This document shows positions 53,688 through 64,000 of a stretch of DNA of 64,000 nucleotides, in pieces. The stretch's first letter is position 1. Each line of letters opens with the position of its first letter. The notes under the pieces are model-generated. The model saw only the letters and a list, made by a program, of their open reading frames with translations. It ran no database searches and was not told where the DNA came from. Source of the DNA: Octopus vulgaris (Eukaryota); NCBI GenBank assembly GCA_951406725.2, contig OX597814.1:64976001-65040000 (forward strand). Reading direction: 5' to 3'. The position numbers were made by a program, and so were the translations under genes.

Positions 53688-56135
53688 TAGTTTTATTTTT
53701 ATAGCGTGCTTTCACTTCACTACCGAGCGCAGCTCTGTGTGCCTTGGGTATGTGCTATGATTTGTTGTGATGCTCTGATGGTTATTGTATGGAAAGTGTT
53801 CTGCGTAGGATGTGTGCAGTGCCTAGTAGTGCAATTTTCTGTATGTTATATGTGTTTGTAAGTCCTGGTGTTTTTGTTATGTATTTGTCTGAATATTTTT
53901 TTATCATGCCTAATGCACCTACTATGATAGGAATTGTTTCTGTTTTCAGGTTCCACATTCTAGTTACCTCTATTTCCAGGTCTTTGTATTTTGAGAGTTT
54001 CTCCATTTCTTTTAGAGACACGTTGTCATCTGCCGGTATTGATACATCAATTAGAAAGCATTTTTTTCTTCATGATCTCTGACAACTATATCTGGTCTGT
54101 TGGCCTTAATTTCTCTATCTGTGTGTATCGGCATATCCCAGAGTATGGTTGCTTTCTCGTTTTCTGTGACCTTTTCTGGTGTGTGCCTATACCATCTTTT
54201 TTCTGTTGTTATTCCATAATGTTGGCATAGCTTCCAATGTATGTAGGTTCCAACTCTGTCATGTCTGTGAATATATTCCTTCTTAGCCAGGACTGGGCAG
54301 CTAGAGATAATATGATTTATTGTTTCTTGTCCATCTCCACATATTCTGCAGTTACTTGTAATATTTCTTTTCATTACATGTTTTTGGTAATTTCTGGTGG
54401 GGAGGCTTTGGTCTTGTGCTGCAATTAAAAATCCCTCTGTTTCTGCTTTGAGTCCTGAGCTTCTCAACCATTGCTGGGATTTTTCTTTGTCTATTTCTTT
54501 TGCGTTTAGTTTAGTGCAGTATTTACCATGAAGGGCTTTTCTTGCCATCGTTTTATCATGGCTCGTTGCTGTTCTATTTTTAGTTTGGATTTCATTTGTT
54601 TTATAGCTTTTGTTGTTTCTTCATCATCTTCTTCTTCTTCTTCTTTGTGTTTATTAGGTGGTATGATTTCTTGTTTGTATTTGTCAGCTTCCTTAAATAC
54701 TGAGAACAGTTTTTTGTTTTGCTCGCGTTTTGCTGCTATCTGGATCAGTTTTCCTTCCTTCTGAATTAGGTATTTTTGCAGTCCTATGGTGGTTATTTTA
54801 TAGTAGTTTTCCAGCTGTATAAGGCCTCTACCACCTTCTATACGTTGTATATATAGTCTTTCTATGTCAGATTTTGGGTGATGCATCCTAGATCCTGTCA
54901 GTATTTTTCTTGTTTTCCTATCTATTTTGGACAGTTCATTTCGTGTCCAGTTAAGGATATTGTAGCTGTAACTTATAACTGGGACAGCTAAAGTGTTGAT
55001 ACCTATTATCTTGTTTTTAGCATTGAGCTCTGTTTTTAGTATTGATCTAACTCGTCTATAATATTCTTTTTTTATTTTCTCTTTCATTTGTGTGTGTTGT
55101 GTCTTATCTAGTTCATGGATTCCTAAGTATTTGTAAGTTTGGCTTTGGTCTAATTCTTTTATTTCATTGGTTTTATCTAGTGTGATGTTGTTACTCTTAA
55201 CTAGTTTTCCTCTTTTCATGGTTACTTTGGCGCATTTTTCTAATCCAAATTTCATATCTATTTCTTTGGTAAATCCATGAACTGTCTTTAATAGTGTTTC
55301 CAGCTGTTTGTCATTTGCAGCGTATAGTTTTAGGTCATCCATATATAAAAGGTGGCTGATCGTTTTGCCGTAACATTTATATCCGCATCCAGTTCTATTT
55401 AGCATATCAGATAGAGGTGACAGTGCCAAGCAGAAAAGGATTGGAGAGAGCGTGTCTCCCTGGAATATTCCTCTTCTAATGGGGATGTCTTTGGTTTTCA
55501 TGAGTCCCTCTTTTGTTTGGAGGTGTAGGACTGTTTGCCATTTATTCATAGAGTGCTCTATGAATTTTATGATTGTTGGTGCTACTTTGTTAATGGCTAG
55601 TGTTTCGAGGATCCATGTGTGGGGGATGCTATCAAACGCCTTTTTGTAGTCAATCCAGGCCATACTGAGGCCTTTCTTCTTTCTGTGGCTGTCTTCAGTT
55701 ACGGCTTTATTAATCATTAGTTGATCTTTACAGCCATATGAGCCCTTGCGGCATCCTTTCTGCTCTTCTGGGAACAGTTTGTTTTCGTCCAGGTGCTTGT
55801 TCAGCCTTTGCGATATCACTGCAGTAAATGCCTTGAACATAGTAGGGAGGCAGGTTATTGGTCTGTAGTTTTCTGGTTTTGTTGTTTCATTTGATTTGGG
55901 AATTAAGATGGTTTTCCCCTTCGTGAGCCATTCAGGCATTGTCTCTGGCTCTGCTAGTATGCTGTTAAAGTTTTCAGCCAGCTTTTTGTGCATTCCTGTT
56001 AGATATTTCAAACAGAAGTTGGGGATCTTGTCATGCCCAGGTGCCTTCCAGTTGCTTAGTTTTTGCAGTGCCTGGGTGACCTCTTCAGTTGTTATGGGGG
56101 TCCAAAGTTGTTCAGATGCCGAGTTTGTTATTTTC
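53685..56135 (-). mobile_element. R4/Dong-clade non-LTR retrotransposon, 5'-truncated, well preserved (RT, CCHC knuckle, restriction-like endonuclease)
   Basis: WKAPGHD, NYRPITCL, EQKGCRKG, WIDYKKAFDSIPH, RGIFQGDTLSP, HLLYMDDLKLY, YKYLG, then CRICG..ETINHIISSC, HRHDRV, NRPDIV, KLSKYKDL across three frames; (TTA)n on both sides. Confidence 0.96.
54506..56135 (-). pseudogene. Reverse transcriptase ORF remnant of the Dong element (frameshifted into 54051-54548 and 53782-54021)
   Basis: About 540 open codons with a YMDD motif. The predicted start lies in the flanking microsatellite and is not native. Confidence 0.9.
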
Positions 56136-56392
56136 ATTATTATTATTATTATCATTATTATTATTATTATTCAATTTTCTCTGCATGTGCATTTATTATA
56201 TTTATTTGTAAATATGGCAGAAACATAACGAACACTGAAAGTGACCGTGCTTCATCAGTAAGCTGCCAATTATAAACCATTCGTTCTATTGTCTAATATA
56301 TATATATATATATATATACATATATATATACACACACATACATACATACATTTATTGTGAGATACACACATATACACATACATATTTTCATA

Positions 56393-57205
56393 TAGTGTTA
56401 TTCAAAGAGCTTCAACCTATATATATCATGCAATATTTTAATAAGCAATAGAAAACTCCAGCGAAGTCGCAAGTTTTTACTCACAATGAACTGTTATTTC
56501 CTGTCTTGCAAGTGCTCAATGTGGCCACTACCTGCAGCACGGGCAACATCAATGCAATAAGAGAATTCCTGCCAGACGCATATCAGCATATCATGATCCA
56601 CTGTGTTGATCGCTGTTGTTATTTGATATTTATGGTCATCGTGGTTAGCGATGGAACATAAACCCGACCTTTTAGATATCCCCACAAGAAAAATTCACAC
56701 ATGGTGAGGTCTGGGGATCTCAAGCACAAAGAGCAAGGTGATGGGGCCCCTTTTCAACCATGTATTACTGGGACACTTTTTTATTTAAAAAATCTCGAAC
56801 CATCGGGTGCCAATAGGACGGTTTGGGAGGATATCGAGTACCAGTTTTGGAGCATATCGAGATAGGCTTGTCCTGTAACAGTGTTTCTTTCAAAGAAAAA
56901 GGGATCATAAACCGTGTCCTGAGACGTTCACCTTAGGGGGATCTTTTTCATGCTCAACTGTTTCATGTGCTTGCTCTGTTCCCCAAATACGCACATTGCG
57001 ACGATTGATACGCATCTGGGAGAAAACCCCTTATCGCACTGATATTGCCCGTGCTGTAGGTGGTGGCCACATTGAACACTTGTAAGACAGGAAATAAAAG
57101 TTGATTGTGAGTAAATAGTTGTGACTCAGCTGCAGTTTTCTATTGGTTTTCTTTGATAAAATATTGTGTAATGAAATCGGTTCATTGTTTTTGAATAACC
57201 CTCTA
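56393..57205 (-). mobile_element. Tc1/mariner-superfamily (DDxD, rosa/maT-like) deletion derivative with ~195-bp inverted ends
   Basis: NVRIWGTE..DSPKVNV, PFFFE..TVTGQAYLDML, RSPDLTMCEFFLWGYLK, WQEFSYCIDVARAAGSGHIEHL; arms 56393-56585 / 57006-57205; TA flanks. Confidence 0.85.
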
Positions 57206-57659
57206 TATGTACACGAGTCTCATTTCTTTAATGGATACACAGTTGCATCAATAATTCTACATTCTAAAACACTCCATTTCACACATATTGTCTCATTGTT
57301 TCTTCTACAAAAATTAAAATTATAGTAATTCTCATTCGATGTAAGGTCCGTCTGACCGTTAAAAGGTCACACTGGAAAGTGTTGTCCCACATAAATAAAG
57401 TTTGAAAGGACAAGAAGGTCACGGCTGGAATGCCAACAATCACATGTCATATGGTAGATCAAAGCTGATCTGCGGATAACGACCACTACTCTCATTTGAA
57501 CATCGGACATTAGTTTAAAAAAAAAAGCAAAACAGCAAAAGACTTAAATAATCCAGGAGGAAATAATGAAGAACATGAACAAAGCAGTGAATATGAATGT
57601 ATTAATTGTAAGGAAAGTGGAAGGGAGAAAAAAGAGAGGAGAGGAAGAAGGAGGGTTAA

Positions 57660-58041
57660 TAAGAAGGAGAAGAAGGAGAAGAAGAAGAAGAAGAAGAAGA
57701 AGAAGAAGAAGAAGAAGAAGACGAAGAAGAAGGAGGAGGAGAAGAAGAAGAAGACGACGAAGAAGAAGGAGGAGGAGAAGAAGAAGAAGAAGAAGAAGAA
57801 GAAGAAGAAGAAGAAGAAGAAGAAGACGAAGAAGAAGACGAAGAAGAAGGAGGAGGAGAAGAAGAAGAAGACGAAGAAGAAGGAGGAGGAGAAGAAGAAG
57901 AAGAAGAAGAAGAAGAAGAAGAAGAAGAAGAAGAAGAAGAAGAAGAAGAAGAAGAAGAAGAAGAAGCAGAAGAAGGAGAAGAAGAAGAAGAAGAAGAAGA
58001 AGAAAGAAGAAGAAGAAGAAGAAGAAGAAGAAGAAGAAGAA
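57660..58041. repeat. (GAA)n tract with recurring GAC/GGA interruptions
   Basis: Block GACGAAGAAGAAGGAGGAGGAGAA repeated four times inside (GAA)n. Confidence 0.95.
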
Positions 58042-59090
58042 GGGAGAGTAAGTGGAAAGAGTTGGAAAAGGCAAATTATTAACGCTTGACTACAGACAGT
58101 TGACATTTGTAGCATGAAATTACATAGACATATTAGTCCCTTATTTCATCGCAAAAGGGGCATTGTGGGTGGGGAAACGGTTGGTGGTGTAGTGGTAATG
58201 GCGGTGCTGGTGGTATCGGTACAGAGGAAGATGGGGATGATGGAGTAAGATGGCTGAGGACCTGAGATGGGGTAATTTGTTCACACCCATGCCAGAACGG
58301 GCGGTGACGGCAATCACTGAGCGACCGTGCCATAGACAGAGAGCGGAGCGGTCGACCGAACGACAACCGAGCGACTGATCTGTAAGCTTTATAAGTACCG
58401 TTTGTAACATCGTGTGTAACGCATGGTTGAAAGAGTAAAGGAGGTTGTTGATGGGAGTGTTTGAGGTCAAATAGGTAGAGTATGTGTGGGGTAGCGGTGC
58501 GTGTGCATGAGTGTGTGTGTATGTGTGTGTGTAAAACAGTGTGTGTCTGTTGGTCTGGAAACATTTGAAAGAGTGATGGAGTATTGTAGGAGGGCTGGGA
58601 TGATGCTCGGTTCAGTGTAAAGAAAATCAATACGTGTGCACATTTTATGCTTGTCTGGGTGGGTCCGAGTATGTATATGCATGTATGTGTATCTTTCTAT
58701 GTGTGTATGTATGAATATATGCATATATGTCTGTATGTTCGTACACACGCATATATATATATGTGTGTGTGTGTGTGTATGTGTGTGTACACACATTTTC
58801 ACATGGAAATTACGTGTAGACACACATGTGCACATACGTGAAGTAAAATATCTTTGTTCGTGTGTGTGTTTGTGTGTACACATTCATATATATATATATA
58901 TAAAATACACACACACACATATGAACATGCACATACAGGCATATATGAACATAGACACTTTACACCCATACATATATACAAAAACAAGCAATAACATACA
59001 CATAATTGCTGTGTGTATGTTCGTAAGGTTAAATCGTGGTGCTTTTAGTAATGACGGTTGGTGCAATATGAGACGTGAAATATAATGATC

Positions 59091-59149
59091 ATGTATGTAT
59101 GTATGTATGTATGTATGTATGTATGTATGTATGTATGTATGTATGTATG

Positions 59150-59222
<73 letters not shown>

Positions 59223-59277
59223 CTCTCTCTATATATATATATCTTTCTATCTATCTATTTATCTATCATCTATCTAT
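59091..59277. repeat. (ATGT)n(ATCT)n compound microsatellite
   Basis: Directly visible. Confidence 0.95.
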
Positions 59278-60087
59278 GAGCGCTGTGATGTTCCTGACTT
59301 GTATGAGAGTATATGCGGATGTGCTTGTAAAAGGCAAGGGTCGTGTAGCTCATGCAATACTGTTATTAGCCTATGTTGCTCGACGGTTGTTAAAGGAAGG
59401 CTGCACCTTTAGAGCCTCCTCCGATCACAACATTTGTTACCAATATAAATCTACTTCGGTTGACATAAATAAAAAGGATCTTGTTCATCGTAGATCGCTA
59501 GTATTTTATTGCGAGTTTCACTCCCCTTTTTGTCAGGTGACATCAAAAGGTCGTTGTTCACAGTAGAATGACATTTACTATTTTCATTCAACTCCTCCTA
59601 CTCTTCATATTATCACTATAATCACAATCATCATCATTGTAGGTGTTCTCGTCAACATCTGTATAATCATTGTCATCATATTTGCATTTTTTTTAATGAC
59701 ATTTTCGTTTCTTGTCATTGACGTTGTCGTCCTTATCCTTATTATCACTCTACTCACCCTCATCATCATTGCCATCATCATCGTCGTAATCATCGTCATC
59801 GTGATCATCATATCATCGTCGTCACAGGCTCCGTCGCCGCCGCCACTGTCGTCATCTTAGTCGTGTGTGTCGACTTGCTCGTCGATGTAGCTGTTGTCAT
59901 GACCATCATCGTCTACACTGTTTCCATCTGCGATATATAGTTGCAGTCATTCACCGGTGGAGCAATTTTATTATAGGAAGGATGTGTGTGCGTTTGTGTG
60001 TATGTGTGTGTGTGTATGTGTGTGCGTGTGTGTGTGTGTTTTTGTGTGTTTGTGTGTGTCTGTGTGTGTCTGTGTGTTATCAATAAC

Positions 60088-61260
60088 ACCCACTCACAAT
60101 CCTGACATAGGTTGGATGGTTTGACCGGAGCTGGGCGGCAAGAGACTTGCCTGGGCTGCATTTGTCTGTTTTGGCCTTGTTTTTACGGCTGGATGCTCTT
60201 TCTAATCTCAACCACGTTACAGTACGAGATGTTTTTAACGTAGCACCAGCATATACGAGCCCATAAGCCTAAGATCTCTCCGCTGAGAGAGAGACGTAGA
60301 GAACGTATCTGTATGTATGGATGACCGCAGATTTTCTTAGCTAGACGTATCTACTCAAAAACATCACACTGCCAGAAGTTTCGGTCCCTTGTAATCTCCT
60401 CCGTGAGCCCCAGTGTCAGAAGATCCTTTCTTACCACACTGTGCACATCTTCATGGGTCTAACCCTTATCTCACCCAATTAGAAATCGACATTTCTTGAT
60501 GCAACTGTCGTTATTCATATGCAGGACGTGACCATACCAGTGCGGTTTTCCCTCTTGCAAACTGCAACGGATGCTTCGTATACACAATTTTTACCTCAAG
60601 TCACTTACACTCTGTCGTATATGCACACTGACATTACCCACCCAGCGGAGCATACTGACTTCATTTCTTTTAAGCCTTCGCACATCCTCAACAGTCACAG
60701 CCCGTGTCTTACTGTCATGTAGCATAGCTGTTTGTACACAGGCATCATACAATCTGCCTTTCATTCTGAGGGGGTGGCCCTTTTTACAAAAAAAATCTAG
60801 CAGCTCTCTGAACTTTGCCCAGCCCGTTCTTTTTCTAACAATTACGCTTTTTGATTTACCTCCTCCACTGCTAAATTTGTCGCCTAAGTAACGGAAACTA
60901 TCTGTTACTTCTAAGGAGCCTACCGGACATTTAAGGGAGTCTGTTTTCTGCACATTCCTGGTGTTTAATGTACCGGCACATTTTCCACATATAACGACTA
61001 CTTTCTCTGTTAACCATTCTGTGATACTGTTGCACCTCTTATGTGTCCATAGCTTGCGCTGGGTACACCGTATAGAGTTTCTGTTAACACCTTTTCTACA
61101 TATCAGCAGGACTACCACCCTGAAGGGATCAGTGTTTTGAATGTTTTTCTACTTACTAGAACTTTGATTCCCGACCTAGCTTCCACATGAAATTTCTACT
61201 CTAGGTCAGGTAATGATTGAGCAATAACAATAAGGTCCTTTCAAGAGCAGCCAGTCCTAA
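60088..61260 (-). mobile_element. RTE-group LINE 3' fragment with a PHD-like Cys-rich segment
   Basis: ICRKGVNRNSIRCTQRKLWTHKRC..ICGKC, FRYLGD, GWAKFRELL, KGRLYDACV; 3' UTR matches 44040-44150. Confidence 0.88.
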
Positions 61261-61268
61261 ATTTCTGT

Positions 61269-61586
61269 TATAATCGTTTCGTTTTTGGTTTGCAAGATTA
61301 TTTATGTGAGTTCGTGTGTTGAAGCATATTCTGTTGCGTCAGGGGAGAGTTATTCTCTTTTAGTGCCTTATAATTTAACACACTCACCTGTAAAATTTCC
61401 ACTTATTTCTTTTGTATTTATTTTTTTTATATAAGAAGAAATAAGTGGCAATTTTACCGGTGAGTGTGTAAAATTATAAGGCACTAAAAGAGAATAACTC
61501 TCCCCAGACACAACAGAATATGCTTCAACACACGAACTCACATAAATAATCTTGCAAACCAAATCCCAAAACGAAACGATTCTATA
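61269..61586. repeat. Long inverted repeat (~140-bp arms, ~24-bp AT spacer)
   Basis: 61272-61411 is the reverse complement of 61436-61581 with few mismatches and one small indel. Confidence 0.93.
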
Positions 61587-61845
61587 GTGCGTGTGTATAT
61601 TAGACAAAAAATGACTTACCACCTCGAAATATAACAACATCTGTTTCAACTTTCAACATACGGTTTCACCAGGAATCTTGCAAAACAAATTCATGAGTGT
61701 GTGTGTATACAGACAAACAAATGAAGATAACCCGGAGTTGCAGCATTCCTAATGCAAACAATGAAGTAAAAAAGCATATCCGTAGATACAAGAACGCATA
61801 CGTATCTACAAAGATGTAGATATATGTATACACACAGACACATAT

Positions 61846-62177
61846 GAAGTGGTATCAAAAAGTTCCCAGGCTACTCTTGTAGCGCGCCAACAAATAGTAG
61901 AACACAATTGCGTGCACAAGGGGAGCTCGGTGTGACGTTCATGAGATAATATGCCGAGTTACATGGCTGTGTTTATTTCGCAAGTTGTGAAATTTGTGTT
62001 TGTGTGATCATGTGTATGCTGTAATGTGCGATTTTGTCATAAGCAGGAACAAAGAGCCGACGTTATGTTTTGCGTTAAACTTGGAAGTCTGCTATAGAGA
62101 TATTGAGCAAGCTTCGGCAAGATTACGGCGACGAGGCAATGGTTCGTACACAATGTTTCGAGGGCACAGGTGCTTCC
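61846..62177 (+). mobile_element. mariner 5' fragment
   Basis: TIR-like GAAGTGGTATCAAAAAGTTCCC; EQRADVMFCVKLG, LRQDYGDEAMVRTQCFEGHRCF. Confidence 0.8.
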
Positions 62178-62441
62178 ACACACATACACACACGCATACA
62201 TACACATATACACATATACACACACCCACATATACCCACGCGTACACAAACATATGCGCGTACACACATATGCGCGTAGACACACACACGTACACAAACG
62301 TACACACACACATAGGAATGCACAGAAACCTATCCCACCCACACACAGACACACATACCTTTAGACACACACACATATAAACGTACACACAACCACATAC
62401 ACGCACATACTCAAGCACACGCGCGTACACACAACAAAATG

Positions 62442-62634
62442 CACACAACCTGACACACGTTCACACACACACATCTCCACGTTCACACACACACAACCTG
62501 ACACACATCTCCACGTTCACACACACACAACCTGACACACATCTCCACGTTCACACACACACACACCTGACACACATCTCCACGTTCACACACACACACA
62601 CAACCTGACACACATCTCCACGTTCACACACACA
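62442..62634. repeat. Minisatellite, ~31-35-bp unit, about 5 copies
   Basis: Unit CAACCTGACACACATCTCCACGTTCA(CA)n within a (CA)-rich field 62178-63410. Confidence 0.9.
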
Positions 62635-63679
62635 TATACACACGCACGCACATACACACATATACACACGCACATACATACGTACATAATACACACACAC
62701 ACACATGTACACACGTACATACACACACACCAGCACAGGTTCCCACATATACCTCCAACAAACAATACTCATACAGATACGCACACAATTATACACACAT
62801 GGGCACAAACATACACGCACATACACGCACACACGCACGTAAGCACACATGCACACAAGCACGCACACAAGCACACGCACGCACATTACGCCTACACAGC
62901 TCAACCCTCCCCCCCAGACATACACACGCATACACAAATTCACATACACACCTACACATATACATACACACAATATATGCATACACGCGCACACACACAT
63001 ATAGACACAGACACACACACGCACACACAAACATGCGCATACACACGCACGCACACACGAACACGAATGCACACACCTAACACTCACAACCCCACGGATA
63101 CACGTATATACACCCACATACGCATACACACGCACATACACACGCACACACAACTACACGCATATACGACACGCACGCACATACACACACAAATGAACTC
63201 ACAAATACATCCTATACACACAGCACACACTCATACTTATACGCTCACAATTATACATACATGTATACACACACGCACACATACACAAATTAATGCCCAG
63301 TTATTCGCCACACACACAAACTCTACGCATACACACACGAACACACACATACACACACACACACTACAAACAAAACATACACACAATACATATACATACA
63401 CGCACACACATACTTCAAACTACCAGTACCTTTCACTGACCATTCTTCTACGCACATGGGTAGATAGACACAAGAGCCACTCCTAATTCATTCTTCCTTG
63501 ACCTTAAACAATACTAAGCCCTACCACACACATAGATTAACAACCACAACCACACACACACAAGTGTTATCATTGCACACATACACACATACACACCACG
63601 CACACGCAGACATGTGCGCACGCACATAGCCACACTAACACACACATACCTCCTCTTGCACTCTACTGCCTTTGAAAAC

Positions 63680-63890
63680 ACTTTTTCTTCACCCATTCCC
63701 TTCCGGTCATTCAAAATATGACCGCGTGTGTACCGTTGCGATTTTTTTTCCTCCGTCTTCCCTTCTTTGGATCTTTCCTTTTCCTATATTTCTAACGAAG
63801 AGCTCCGCTCGAAACGTTAAACCCTCCTTCTTTCCTGAGCGTCCAATAATACTATACTTGTTTCACGTCTTCGCGTTGTTGTGTTTTCTC

Positions 63891-63893
<3 letters not shown>
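63680..63893 (+). mobile_element. Penelope-derived 3' fragment ending at (TA)n
   Basis: HPFPSGHSKYDRV resembles the Penelope endonuclease HFxLPxHSxxDxxV motif; followed by a hammerhead-like fold. Confidence 0.6.
63789..63821 (+). ncRNA. Degenerate minimal hammerhead ribozyme
   Basis: TTT-CTAACGA-a-GAGC[TCC]GCTC-GAAA-CG-TT-AAA; G5 is changed to A, so probably inactive. Confidence 0.5.
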
Positions 63894-63961
<68 letters not shown>

Positions 63962-64000
63962 ATATATACATACATAGATATAGATATATATATACATACA

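Noticed and set aside
57510-58115. Poly-Arg/poly-Leu/poly-Phe ORFs
   Set aside because: Translations of the (GAA)n tract.
62442-62634. Repeat-spacer array
   Set aside because: The apparent spacers are only variable (CA)n; it is a minisatellite.

Overview
Eukaryotic, AT-rich, microsatellite-saturated non-coding DNA with no host protein-coding gene I can support. The repeat landscape ((TA)n/(CA)n/(TACA)n/(TTA)n, tRNA-derived SINEs, R4/Dong, RTE, CR1, Tx1 and Penelope retroelements, Tc1/mariner) suggests a cephalopod, probably an octopus (inference). Most predicted ORFs are microsatellite translations. The real coding remnants are all transposon-derived; the best preserved is a 5'-truncated R4/Dong LINE at 53685-56135. 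Main observations: (1) Penelope-type fold-back elements carrying type I hammerhead ribozyme folds, two unrelated ones sharing a CCGANGA core instead of CUGANGA; (2) a (TTA)n-associated set of Tx1-like LINEs, Dong LINEs and a SINE whose tail resembles the Tx1 3' ends; (3) two transposon fossils interrupted by inverted copies of nearby DNA; (4) an RTE LINE ending in three C2H2 fingers. All alignments, folds and identities were done by eye and need computational confirmation.
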